NCBI GenBank assembly: GCA_965262595.1
Contig: OZ253548.1
Coordinates: 1,371,740 to 1,435,739, forward strand
From: Dehalococcoidia bacterium
Lineage (GTDB): Bacteria > Chloroflexota > Dehalococcoidia > Lucifugimonadales > UBA3495
DNA length: 64,000 nucleotides
Direction of reading: 5' to 3'
In this document: positions 18,032 through 27,509 of the stretch, in pieces
Layout of the letters: the number at the start of each line of letters is the position of its first letter
Numbering within the stretch: position 1 is the first letter of the stretch
Program-made: the position numbers and the translations under genes
The notes under the pieces: generated by a model
Databases searched by the model: none
What the model was told of the DNA's origin: nothing
The model's input: only the letters and a program-made list of their open reading frames with translations

Positions 18032-20830
18032 TCAGGAGAGCCGATCCTCCGGGTTGCGGGCCTTTTCCTGCAATTCATAGAGCTTGTTGATTGCTTCCAG
18101 CGGGGTCAAGTTGGGAATGTCCAAGTTCATTACCGCATCGGTTAGAGGCTGGTCCGGCTGGAACAGGGGCATTTGCCGCGCCGCCGACTCGGATTTGCTA
18201 CTACGTTTAGCCGGGCTTTTGCGGTTAGAACCGGGCTTTTCCAGCTCCTCCAGGACTTCCCAGGCCCGATTGACCACCGCCCGGGGCAACCCGGCCAGTT
18301 GCGCCACGTGGACGCCATAGCTGCGGTCGGCGCCGCCGGCTACAATGCGGTGCAGGAATACTACCCGTCCCTCCTCCTCAACCACCGCGACGCTGAAGTT
18401 GCGCACGCCGGGCAGGGTGTGGGCCAGTTCGGTCAGTTCATGGTAGTGAGTAGCGAACAGGGTCTTGCAGCCGAGGCGAGGGTCGTTGTGCAGATGTTCA
18501 ATGACCGATCGGGCGATGGAAAGACCGTCGTAGGTACTGGTGCCCCGTCCGATCTCATCCAGAATTACCAGGGACCGGGGCGTGGCCTGATTCAGGATGG
18601 CGGCGGTTTCCACCATCTCCACCATAAAGGTGGACTGACCGGTGGTCAAATCGTCCTGCAAGCCCACCCGGGTAAATATCCGGTCAACCAGGCCAATCGT
18701 GGCTTCAGCCGCCGGAACAAAGCTGCCGATTTGGGCCATCAGGACGATTATGGCCGCCTGGCGGATATAGGTGGACTTGCCCGCCATGTTGGGGCCGGTA
18801 AGGACAACGATACGAGCGTCTTCATTGGAAAGCTGCACATCGTTGGGAACATAAGCCCCTGACCCCAGGGTCTGCTCCACCACTGGGTGACGACCGTCCT
18901 TGATACTGACGGCATTGTCCAGATTCAGCCGGGGGCGGACGTATCCATGAACCGCTGCCACCTCGGCCAGGGCGGAAAACACGTCCAGCGCGGCGATGCC
19001 GGCGGCCAGGCGGCCAATGGACTCGGCATAGTTTCCAATCTGGCTGCACACTTGCCGGAACAACGACCGTTCCATTTCCTGAATTCGTTCCCGGGCATTT
19101 AGTACCAGGGATTCATACTCTTTGAGTTCGGGCACGATATAGCGCTCGCCGTTAGCCAGGGTCTGGCGGCGGGTGTAATCATCGGGCACCTGGCCCAGGT
19201 TGGCCTTGCTGATTTCAATATAGTAACCAAATACCTGGTTGTACCCCACTCGCAGGTTGCGGATGCCGGTGCGTTCCCGCTCCCGCGCCTCCAGACCGGC
19301 GATGAAACCCCGGGCGTCGCGGGAGGCGATTTTCAGTTCGTCCAGTTCCGGGGAGAAGCCTTCCCGGATGATGTTGCCCTCGCCGAGGCTGCCCGCCGGG
19401 TCCGGGGCGATAGACTCTTCAATAAGGGCTGCCGCCTCCGGCACCGGGGATAACTGCCGGAATAGCCAGGCCAACTGGTCAGCGCCTTCTCCTTCCAGGG
19501 TAGCGGCGAGGCGGCCAGAGGCGGTTATACCGGTCTTGAGCGCGATTAACTCCCGGGGAGCCACCGTCCCGGATTGCACCCGGCTCAGGACTCGCTCCAG
19601 GTCGGCGACATTGGTCAGAGCGGTACGAGCATCGCCGCGCCGAAAGGCGTCCTTAAAGAAATGCTCCACCGCGTCCAGGCGGCGTTCCAGCTCCTCCAAT
19701 TGCAATAACGGCTGTCCCATCCAACGGCGCAGGAGCCGACCGCCCATCGGGGTGCGGGTTAAATCCAGGGCAGACAGCAGGGACAATTTCCGGTTTTCCC
19801 AACGCCCGGCCTGGAACAACTCCAGGTTACGTCGGGTCTGGGGGTCCAGAACCATATAATCGCCGCTGGAATAGACACTGAGGGCCGCCAGGCGTGGTTT
19901 GACCGTCTTGTAAGTCTGGCCCAGATAGTCCACGACAGCGCCGGCAGCCCGCACCGCCAGGGGCAGGTTTTCACAGCCAAAGGATTCCAGAGAGCGTATC
20001 TCGTACTGAGCCAGCAGGACGGCCCGGGCCAAGTCCAGGTCAAAGGTTGCCGGGTTCAATTGTGTCAGAGGATAGGGAGTAAAAGAAAAGTCGTTGGAGC
20101 CTGGTCCACGCTGGTCCCCACCCGTTTTTGACTCGACCGAAGCGGCCCCCATCACGGCGGCTCCCTTCACGCTGGCTCCCATAGCAGCGGCTCCCATCAC
20201 GGCGGCTCCCATCGTAGCGGCCCCCATCGTAGCGGCCCGGTTCTCCTCGCCGACCCAGCTTGGCAGGGAATCGGCGGCGGGAACCAGGATTTCCGCCGGG
20301 GCGATGCGTTCCAGTTCCGGCAGCAGGCGTTCGGAAGGAAGTTGGGTGGCGGCAAACTCGCCGGTTGAGATGTCCACGTAGGCCAGCCCCACCGCCGGAC
20401 CGTCTTCAACCACCGCGGCCAGATAGTTGTTGGAGTTCTGATCCAGCAGAGCGGATTCCAGAACCGTGCCGGGGGTAACCACCCGAACGACGTCGCGCTC
20501 CACCAGGCCGCGGGACGTCGCCGGGTCGGTGAGCTGTTCGCAGATTGCCACCTTGTGGCCCTTCTTGATAAGGCGGGCCAGGTAGGGTTCCAGAGAGTGG
20601 GCCGGGACGCCGGCCATCGGGATTTTCAGCCCCTTGCCCATGTTTCGGGACGTCAGGGTTATCTCCAGTTCCCGGGCCGCCAGGCGCGCATCATCGTCGA
20701 AGGTTTCGTAAAAGTCGCCCAGCCGGAACAGCACCAGGGCGTCCGGGTAGGCGTGTTTTATTTTAAGGTATTGGCGGCGTACCGGCGTCAATGTTACCCC
20801 GCTGGCCGGGTCAGAAAGACTCAAACTCAT
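18032..20830 (-). CDS. mutS: DNA mismatch repair protein MutS
   Basis: 932 aa with Walker A GPNMAGKSTYIRQ and the N-terminal mismatch-binding motif GDFYETF. Confidence 0.95.
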   Translation of the reverse strand: MSLSLSDPASGVTLTPVRRQYLKIKHAYPDALVLFRLGDFYETFDDDARLAARELEITLTSRNMGKGLKIPMAGVPAHSLEPYLARLIKKGHKVAICEQLTDPATSRGLVERDVVRVVTPGTVLESALLDQNSNNYLAAVVEDGPAVGLAYVDISTGEFAATQLPSERLLPELERIAPAEILVPAADSLPSWVGEENRAATMGAATMGAAVMGAAAMGASVKGAAVMGAASVESKTGGDQRGPGSNDFSFTPYPLTQLNPATFDLDLARAVLLAQYEIRSLESFGCENLPLAVRAAGAVVDYLGQTYKTVKPRLAALSVYSSGDYMVLDPQTRRNLELFQAGRWENRKLSLLSALDLTRTPMGGRLLRRWMGQPLLQLEELERRLDAVEHFFKDAFRRGDARTALTNVADLERVLSRVQSGTVAPRELIALKTGITASGRLAATLEGEGADQLAWLFRQLSPVPEAAALIEESIAPDPAGSLGEGNIIREGFSPELDELKIASRDARGFIAGLEARERERTGIRNLRVGYNQVFGYYIEISKANLGQVPDDYTRRQTLANGERYIVPELKEYESLVLNARERIQEMERSLFRQVCSQIGNYAESIGRLAAGIAALDVFSALAEVAAVHGYVRPRLNLDNAVSIKDGRHPVVEQTLGSGAYVPNDVQLSNEDARIVVLTGPNMAGKSTYIRQAAIIVLMAQIGSFVPAAEATIGLVDRIFTRVGLQDDLTTGQSTFMVEMVETAAILNQATPRSLVILDEIGRGTSTYDGLSIARSVIEHLHNDPRLGCKTLFATHYHELTELAHTLPGVRNFSVAVVEEEGRVVFLHRIVAGGADRSYGVHVAQLAGLPRAVVNRAWEVLEELEKPGSNRKSPAKRSSKSESAARQMPLFQPDQPLTDAVMNLDIPNLTPLEAINKLYELQEKARNPEDRLS
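20142..20237. repeat. 15-nt tandem repeat, about 6.4 copies, in frame inside mutS
   Basis: The units are GCGGC(C/T)CCCAT(C/A)(A/G)(C/T)(G/A). They encode ATMGA-ATMGA-AVMGA-AAMGA-SVKGA-AVMGA. Confidence 0.9.
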
Positions 20831-20956
20831 CCATCCGGGTTTAGCGCCATTTTATCCTATGCAAGAAGAGATAACCAAGGGCTGCTGAAACCGGGTCACG
20901 ACCTTTGGAATCGTGACCCGGTCAATCAGGTCAGCCGGCAATAGAGGGAGCTGGCG

Positions 20957-21742
20957 CTATTCTTTCCAAAAACGCTCTTCCTTGAACTGCCAGCCCTGCG
21001 GGGTAACCTGTTCCCTTACGTCGGCAATCATCCCCGGGTGTCCACAGGTATAGACCATTGTGTCGTCTTTAGGCAGCTTGAACTCCGTAAGGAACCGCTC
21101 GACATGGTTATTCACCCGGCCTGTTTCGCCCGTCCAACCGGCGTTACGCTTATCTTCAGGACGACTTACGGTAGCGACGAACTTCACGCATTCGGGATGG
21201 CTGGCCGCCAATTCCACCAACTCACCATCGAAGGCAAGTTCGTACCAGTAGCTGGCGCCAAGGAGAACATAGAAATGGTGGCCTTCGCCACCCCGGTACA
21301 GGTAATCCCGAATCATACTCAGGTAGGGGCTGATTCCGGTTACGGTGGCTACCATGAGATGATGGTGCACCTCGTTGTTCAAGGTAAAAAGCCCCTTGGG
21401 AAGCGGCCGGACCGACATGGTCTCGCCAAGCTCCAATCGCCACATTTTGGGAGTTAATTCACCTTCATGGACCAGTTCTACAAAAATTTCCAGAAAAGGC
21501 TCGTGGGGAGCGGACACAATGGAATATGCCCGTTCAACGCCCTCTTTACCCAGGGTGCAATACTGACCTGGCTTGAAACCAATCCGGCCGTCCACCGGCT
21601 CCAGTTGGATTATCATCAAATCTTCGGTAATGTCCTTTCGGGACACCAACCTGGCCTGGGGCAAGTTGTCAGTACGGTAGCTGGGGCGGGATTCCACAGC
21701 TTCACCGACTGCTGCTGAATTATTATTGGTCAAAATCTTCAC
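20957..21742 (-). CDS. ferredoxin-NADP reductase-type oxidoreductase (FAD_binding_6 / NAD_binding_1)
   Basis: It has the RAYSIVS (RxYS) FAD motif and a VTGISPY NAD(P) motif. Confidence 0.8.
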   Translation of the reverse strand: MKILTNNNSAAVGEAVESRPSYRTDNLPQARLVSRKDITEDLMIIQLEPVDGRIGFKPGQYCTLGKEGVERAYSIVSAPHEPFLEIFVELVHEGELTPKMWRLELGETMSVRPLPKGLFTLNNEVHHHLMVATVTGISPYLSMIRDYLYRGGEGHHFYVLLGASYWYELAFDGELVELAASHPECVKFVATVSRPEDKRNAGWTGETGRVNNHVERFLTEFKLPKDDTMVYTCGHPGMIADVREQVTPQGWQFKEERFWKE

Positions 21743-21923
21743 ACCTCATTCGATTTGGAGCGGGCGCCCGGCCGTCGGGCGTAAGGGTTTCAATTATTAT
21801 TGACAATCCATAAATATTGCCAGCCGCCGATAAATGGCGCGGGTCCGGAGTTTAACGATATCCATTATAAGCTGCGAGCGATCAATTCCGCAGCGCAGCA
21901 CGTCGCCAATTCCAATAATGATT

Positions 21924-24824
21924 TCAGCCCGCGGCCGCCCTGGCCGCTTCATCGGACTTAACTACCCGGGCCGCAAGGATATCCAGCCCAGGCACTTTGG
22001 ACATAGGATCCGGGTCCTCCGATGCTTGAAGGTCAACCGCTAGTTGGCCGAAAAGAGTCACCACCGAAACCACGCCGGCGGGTATTTCGGAGTCCACCCT
22101 GGCCAGACCGGCCAAACGGCCTCGTCGGGTCTGCACTTCCACCATATCACCTTCGGAGATAGACCAGGAGTCGGCGTCCGACGGGTTCAGCTCTACCAGT
22201 TCATCACGGACGATCCGGTTGCGGCTAACGTTGCCGCTGCTGCTGCCGCTAGTCTCGGTTACCACGTTGATTTCCCGGTCTTCCTGGAACAGCACCCGAC
22301 CCGGAACAAACCAGGCCGGATATTCTTCATCCGGCGGCGCCTGGGAAGAGCGGAACCGGGGAACGATTAGTTCGGCCCGGCCCGACGGGAAACCGTCAAG
22401 ATATAAGACCGCGGTACCGACCCTGGACGTTGTCGAGCCGGGCCACTGAATGCCCCGGTACTCTTTACTGGCATAGAGGAGCTGGGTGGGCTTGGGACTT
22501 TCCAGACCGCTGCGCAGTACCAAAGCGGATTCCGACTCCAGCCTCCCGTAGGATAGGCCGGCGTAGTTGGGCACAACCTGGACAATTTCGTCCATCACCG
22601 CTTCGGCGGACGGGTAATCAAAACCCGGGGCGCCAAGCCTTTTGGCCAATTCGATAAGGAACCACTGTTCGGACTTGGCCTCACCTTTTCCAGGGGCTAA
22701 AACGGGCCGGATTCTCTGGATGCGCCGCTCCAAATTGGTATAAGTGCCATCCTTTTCGGCAAAGGTCGAACGGGGCAGCACCACGTCGGCCAATTGGGCC
22801 GGAGCGCTGAGAAAAGAATCCATCACCACCAGGAAATCTAGGTTTCGGAGGGCGTCCAAGCCCTCTCCCAACCGGCGGTTAGCGAGATTGGAACTGTCGC
22901 CAATTACCATCATCGCCTTGACCGATCCATCCCGGGCGGCGGCTAGTGTTTCAGCGATGCCTCGACCCGGCGCGGTGGGCAGCGAGCATTCCCAACGCTC
23001 CTCCAGTTCGCGGCAGGTCTGGCTGTTCCGTCGGGCGTCGGCTTCGGAGAGGAAGCCCGGTCCAACTCCGGGCAGGCGGTTGGGGATACAAGCCATGTCC
23101 CAGGAACCCTGTTCGTTGGCGCCCTGACGCATCGGGTAGATACCGGCGCCGGGTTTGCCCACGTTTCCGGTCAGCAAAACCAGGTTAACCAGGGCATTGA
23201 CACAGTCCCGTTGCAAATCTTCAGGGACGTTATCCAGAGCGTAGCATAGAGCAGCGCAATCCGCCTCTCCGAACAGTCGAGCGGCTTCGGCAATCCGTTC
23301 CTGAGAGACCTGGGTAATTGCCGCAACTTCACCCAGGTCCAGGTTGTTCAAATAATAGTAGAGTGTAGTGGGGGACTCACAATTGCGCTCAATCCACTCC
23401 GTATCTACCAGGCCTTGGTCTAGCAGCTCCCGCAGGATGCCACCCAGAACCAATAGCTCGGTGCCGGGGGCGGGCCGGAGCCAGCAGCGGGTATAACGGG
23501 TCAGTTCTACTTCCCGGGGGTCGATAACAACCAGATTTGCGCCGTTCTGCACTGCCCGCTTAATCGGCACGCCCACCACGTTGTTGGCCTCGGTGAGGTT
23601 GGAATTAAAAACCAGGATGCAACCGGCTTGCTCCAAGTCCCAGATAGGATTGGTCGCCGCCCCGTAACCCAGGGCTTGCTCCAGGGCAATGGTTAGTTCC
23701 GGCTGAACGTTAGAGGTGAGGTCCACGTTATTGGAGTTCATCACTGCCCGGGCAAATTTCTGCGCCAGGTAGAGTTCTTCGTTGGTGCCGTCGGGCGAGG
23801 CCAGCAAGGCGAAGGAATCGCCTTTATACCGGGAAAGCTGCCCGGCAACAAAGTCCAGCGCTTCCCCCCACGTAGCCTCGACCAGGTTTCCATTGCGGCG
23901 AATCATCGGTTGCCGCAACCGGCTCCGGCTGTTGATGAACTCCAGGCCAAACTTACCCTTAAAGCAAGCCTGCCCCCGATTGGCCGGAGAATTATGCTCC
24001 GGTACGACCCGGATAAGCTCGCCGCGGCCGTTTAGTTCCAGATTTAGCTGGCAGCCGACCGGGCAGTGGGGACAGACGGTACGTTCTACCGTCCGCGCCT
24101 TTTCCCACTTATGTTCCCGTTCCACCAGCGCGCCCACCGGACAAACATCGATGCAGGAGCCGCAAAACTCGCAGCCCGATTCCAGCAGAGAGGAGCCAAA
24201 AGAGGTGCCGACCAAGGCTTTACCGGACCGCTCGGTGAAGGTAATTGCGTTATCGCCGCGAATTTCCTCGCAGGCCCGTACACAGCGTCCACAGGTGATG
24301 CACAAGTTATAGTCCCGGTCATAGAAAGGGTCGCTGACTTCCAGGGGAATCTGCTTGTAGTTGTAATTGAGGGCCGATTCCAGCTCCATCCCCAGGTAGC
24401 GCACCGTGTCCTTGAATTCGCAGCGTTCGTTCTTGGGGCAGGTGACGCAGCGGTCATTAACCGACACATGGCGGAGACAAATATCGTTGGGGCCGCAAAT
24501 ATCAACGCGGTGGCAGGTGAGACAGCCGCTGGGATGCTCGGCGATGAGCATTTCCATTACTGAGCGACGCAGTTCATTTACTTCATGAGTCTCGCTGCGG
24601 ATGCTCATACCGTCCTGAACCGGCAGGGTGCAGGCGGCGGGATAGCCCCGGCCGCCTTCCACCGAAACAACGCACATTCGGCAGGCGGCAAAGGGTTTCA
24701 TGCCGGGGTGATAGCACAAGTAGGGGATATATATGCCGGCGTCAACCGCCGCTTCCAGGACCATTTTTCCGGGCTGAGTTTTTATCTCGATTCCGTCAAT
24801 GGCGATGGTGATATCGTCGGGCAT
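21924..24824 (-). CDS. NuoG / formate-dehydrogenase-alpha-like Fe-S molybdopterin-fold subunit
   Basis: The N-terminus has a 2Fe-2S domain, several 4Fe-4S Cys clusters and the CPHCPVGC motif, followed by a molybdopterin oxidoreductase fold. No Cys or Sec was seen at the FdhF ligand position. Confidence 0.8.
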   Translation of the reverse strand: MPDDITIAIDGIEIKTQPGKMVLEAAVDAGIYIPYLCYHPGMKPFAACRMCVVSVEGGRGYPAACTLPVQDGMSIRSETHEVNELRRSVMEMLIAEHPSGCLTCHRVDICGPNDICLRHVSVNDRCVTCPKNERCEFKDTVRYLGMELESALNYNYKQIPLEVSDPFYDRDYNLCITCGRCVRACEEIRGDNAITFTERSGKALVGTSFGSSLLESGCEFCGSCIDVCPVGALVEREHKWEKARTVERTVCPHCPVGCQLNLELNGRGELIRVVPEHNSPANRGQACFKGKFGLEFINSRSRLRQPMIRRNGNLVEATWGEALDFVAGQLSRYKGDSFALLASPDGTNEELYLAQKFARAVMNSNNVDLTSNVQPELTIALEQALGYGAATNPIWDLEQAGCILVFNSNLTEANNVVGVPIKRAVQNGANLVVIDPREVELTRYTRCWLRPAPGTELLVLGGILRELLDQGLVDTEWIERNCESPTTLYYYLNNLDLGEVAAITQVSQERIAEAARLFGEADCAALCYALDNVPEDLQRDCVNALVNLVLLTGNVGKPGAGIYPMRQGANEQGSWDMACIPNRLPGVGPGFLSEADARRNSQTCRELEERWECSLPTAPGRGIAETLAAARDGSVKAMMVIGDSSNLANRRLGEGLDALRNLDFLVVMDSFLSAPAQLADVVLPRSTFAEKDGTYTNLERRIQRIRPVLAPGKGEAKSEQWFLIELAKRLGAPGFDYPSAEAVMDEIVQVVPNYAGLSYGRLESESALVLRSGLESPKPTQLLYASKEYRGIQWPGSTTSRVGTAVLYLDGFPSGRAELIVPRFRSSQAPPDEEYPAWFVPGRVLFQEDREINVVTETSGSSSGNVSRNRIVRDELVELNPSDADSWSISEGDMVEVQTRRGRLAGLARVDSEIPAGVVSVVTLFGQLAVDLQASEDPDPMSKVPGLDILAARVVKSDEAARAAAG

Positions 24825-24878
24825 TCCATCCTCTCCGGCCCGGCCTTGAAACCGGGCTAGGTAACGGGCGTTGTTAGT

Positions 24879-26642
24879 TTATCTCCGGCTGAGTTGGGGC
24901 GAAAAATAAGGCGCACAGCAGCGTCCGGTAGGGCAAAGTCGCTCGTTAATGTGAGTATCGAACTCGTCGGCAAAATAACGCAAGGCCGAGGCTACCGGAT
25001 TAAAACCCAACTGCCCGTGACCGCACAGCGAACCGGCCTGCATATTTTCGCCAATGGTCCGCATCAAAGCCAGGTCTTCCGAGTTCCCCTCCAGACGGGT
25101 AATACGTTCCAGCACTTCCAGCAGATGGCTCATACCCATTCGGCAGGGGAAACACTTGCCGCAGGACTCATACTGGCAAAAGGCGATGAGTACCCGGGTC
25201 AAGTCCACCACGCAGGTGTCCTCGTCGGCGGCAATGATTCCACCGGAACCAAGGATGGCTCCGGCGTTGCGAAACACTTCAAAATCCAGGGCCAAATCGG
25301 TGGCTTCGGCGCTAAGGACGCCGCCCAGCGGCCCGCCGGTTTGGATAAACTTGAGCTTCCGCCCATTGGGAATGCCCCCGGCAATTTCGTAAAGCACATC
25401 CTGCAGATTGATGCCCATCGGCAGTTCCACCATGCCGGTATAGTTCAAAGCGCCGGTGAGACAGAGAATCACCGTGCCGGTACTGCGTTCGTGGCCGATG
25501 CCGGCGAACCATTCGCCGCCGCGAGCGATAATCTCCGGAACGTAGGCCAGGGTCTTGACGTTATTTACGTTGGTTGGCTTGCCGAACACCCCGACCTGAG
25601 CCGGAAAGGGCGGACGGTACCGGGGCATGGCGCGGCTACCCTCGATGGCCTCCATGAGGGCGGTTTCCTCGCCGGAAACGTAAGAATCCCCGGTCAATGC
25701 AATTTCCAGGTCGAAGCTGAACCCGGAACCGAGGATATTTTCGCCCAGCAAGCCCAACTCGTAAGCCTGGGCGATGGCGGCGCGGGTCCGCTCGATGGGG
25801 CCGTCGTGCCCGTGGCGAATAAATATATACCCGTAATGAGCGCCGGTGGCGTAGCCGGCCAGAATGATGCCCTCCACCACCGTATGCGGATCGCTTTCCA
25901 GGATACCTTTATCGTTAAACGCGCCCGGGTCGCCTTCCTCGCAATTGCACAGGACATACTTGACCGGAGCATTTGACCCGGCCAGGAACCGCCACTTGGT
26001 CCCAGTGGCAAAGGCGGCGCCGCCCCGGCCCCGCAGACCGGAAACGTTGACTTGCTCCAGGACGTCGGCGGCGGTCATTTCGGTCAGGGCTTGATTCAGG
26101 GCATGATAGCCGCCGTTAGCCACATACTGGAACAGGTCCAGCGGGTCAATATGTCCGGCATTGCGCAGGGCGATACGCTGTTCCCTGGCCCGCATGGGGT
26201 GACGGTTCAAGTCAGGTAAGCCTGCGGCATGGGACGGGGCGACATTCGGGGAACCACTCTCCGGGTCGCCGTCTTTTTCGTCGTCACAACCCAGGTAACC
26301 CAGGGCCAGGTCTTCCAGCGGTATTCCATGTAATACGTGGCGAACGACAATCTCCTCGGCTCTCTCCGGGGTAACATTGCCATAGAAGACGCGAGACTGG
26401 CCGGGCACCAGCACATCCACCAGGGGTTCGGCAAAACAGAGGCCCAGGCACCCAACCCGGCTTACCGCAGCGGTCGCGCCGTGCCGCTTCAGGGACTCTT
26501 CGATGGCCCTAACTACTTCATCGGCCCCGGCGGCTTGGCCGCACAAAGCTGTGCCCACCCGAATCCAGGTATGGCTGCCTTTAGTCAACGACTGCCAGCG
26601 TTGCCGGGCCTGAGCCTGAATGTCCTCAAAGGTTGGGGCCAT
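24879..26642 (-). CDS. NuoF-like NADH-binding FMN/4Fe-4S subunit with N-terminal thioredoxin-like 2Fe-2S domain
   Basis: The motifs GGAAFATGTKW, CNCEEGDPGAF and ESCGKCFPCRMG are present. Confidence 0.85.
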   Translation of the reverse strand: MAPTFEDIQAQARQRWQSLTKGSHTWIRVGTALCGQAAGADEVVRAIEESLKRHGATAAVSRVGCLGLCFAEPLVDVLVPGQSRVFYGNVTPERAEEIVVRHVLHGIPLEDLALGYLGCDDEKDGDPESGSPNVAPSHAAGLPDLNRHPMRAREQRIALRNAGHIDPLDLFQYVANGGYHALNQALTEMTAADVLEQVNVSGLRGRGGAAFATGTKWRFLAGSNAPVKYVLCNCEEGDPGAFNDKGILESDPHTVVEGIILAGYATGAHYGYIFIRHGHDGPIERTRAAIAQAYELGLLGENILGSGFSFDLEIALTGDSYVSGEETALMEAIEGSRAMPRYRPPFPAQVGVFGKPTNVNNVKTLAYVPEIIARGGEWFAGIGHERSTGTVILCLTGALNYTGMVELPMGINLQDVLYEIAGGIPNGRKLKFIQTGGPLGGVLSAEATDLALDFEVFRNAGAILGSGGIIAADEDTCVVDLTRVLIAFCQYESCGKCFPCRMGMSHLLEVLERITRLEGNSEDLALMRTIGENMQAGSLCGHGQLGFNPVASALRYFADEFDTHINERLCPTGRCCAPYFSPQLSRR

Positions 26643-26760
26643 ACTAATTTTTACTCAAGGGATTCGCCGGATAGCGGCAACTTCCGGGGAGCGCCCGGCC
26701 TACGGCCTTCGGAACGAAGATTTTCTCAAAACGAGGCATTGCCCCCATTCCTGCTCCACC

Positions 26761-27249
26761 CTATCCTTGCCAGGCGTCGGCCAGGGACTTGCTCAAAGTC
26801 TTTATTAGATTGTCCCGAGCCCGCTCCGGAGACAGGCGGCCCATTAGTCGATGGTCAACGGACATTACCGGCGCTTGGGCGCAAGCCCCCAGGCAGGTGT
26901 TGTAGCGCACCGATAGCTTGCCGTCCGGCGTGTCTCCCTCCGCCGCCAGTCCGGCAGCCTCCAGAACGGCGGCAATAACCGGCATCGCCCCGACCAAGTG
27001 GCAAGACGGGCCCCAACAAACCTCGACATGATGCTCGCAGGGTGGCACAGTACGAAAGTTGGGGTAAAAAGAAACCACCGCCCAAACATCGTTAACGGTG
27101 GCCCGGTTAAACCCGGCTACCGCTTGCACGGCTTCTTTGGGGATATAGCCCAACTCGTCTTCAACGGCGAGCAAGGAGGAGAGGATAGTAACGGTAGGTT
27201 GAGGTTGATTGTGGACGGCCTTCCTGATTCGTTGCTTCAACCCATCCAT
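26761..27249 (-). CDS. NuoE-like 2Fe-2S ferredoxin subunit
   Basis: The Cys pattern is VCWGPSCHL...CLGACAQAP. Confidence 0.85.
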   Translation of the reverse strand: MDGLKQRIRKAVHNQPQPTVTILSSLLAVEDELGYIPKEAVQAVAGFNRATVNDVWAVVSFYPNFRTVPPCEHHVEVCWGPSCHLVGAMPVIAAVLEAAGLAAEGDTPDGKLSVRYNTCLGACAQAPVMSVDHRLMGRLSPERARDNLIKTLSKSLADAWQG

Positions 27250-27401
27250 CGTTTGGGCTCCTTGGCCCCATCTACCTCGGGAGCGAGATTCGCCCAGCGC
27301 CCTTAAAGTAAAGTTCGTGAATAAGGGTAGTTAGTGATTTTTGTAACAATCTCTTCTGTAAATGTTACCACAGGGAAGCGAGCAGGTTCAACCTAAAACG
27401 A

Positions 27402-27420
27402 ACCCGGAACCGGGTCTTTT
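27402..27420 (-). terminator. possible short intrinsic terminator after the dsbA-like gene
   Basis: The minus strand reads ACCCGG-uu-CCGGGU followed by UCGUUUU. The stem is short. Confidence 0.35.
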
Positions 27421-27509
27421 GACGCGACGGTTCCGGGCCAGGCTCCGGTTCAGCGATATAACGGACAGGTATCGGCTTGAGAAATTCCGGGATGACCGCG
27501 TCTCGCCGA

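Noticed and set aside
21924-24824. FdhA-like subunit as a fourth selenoprotein
   Set aside because: The 966-codon frame is uninterrupted, with no in-frame TGA. The position equivalent to the FdhF Sec/Cys shows neither residue.
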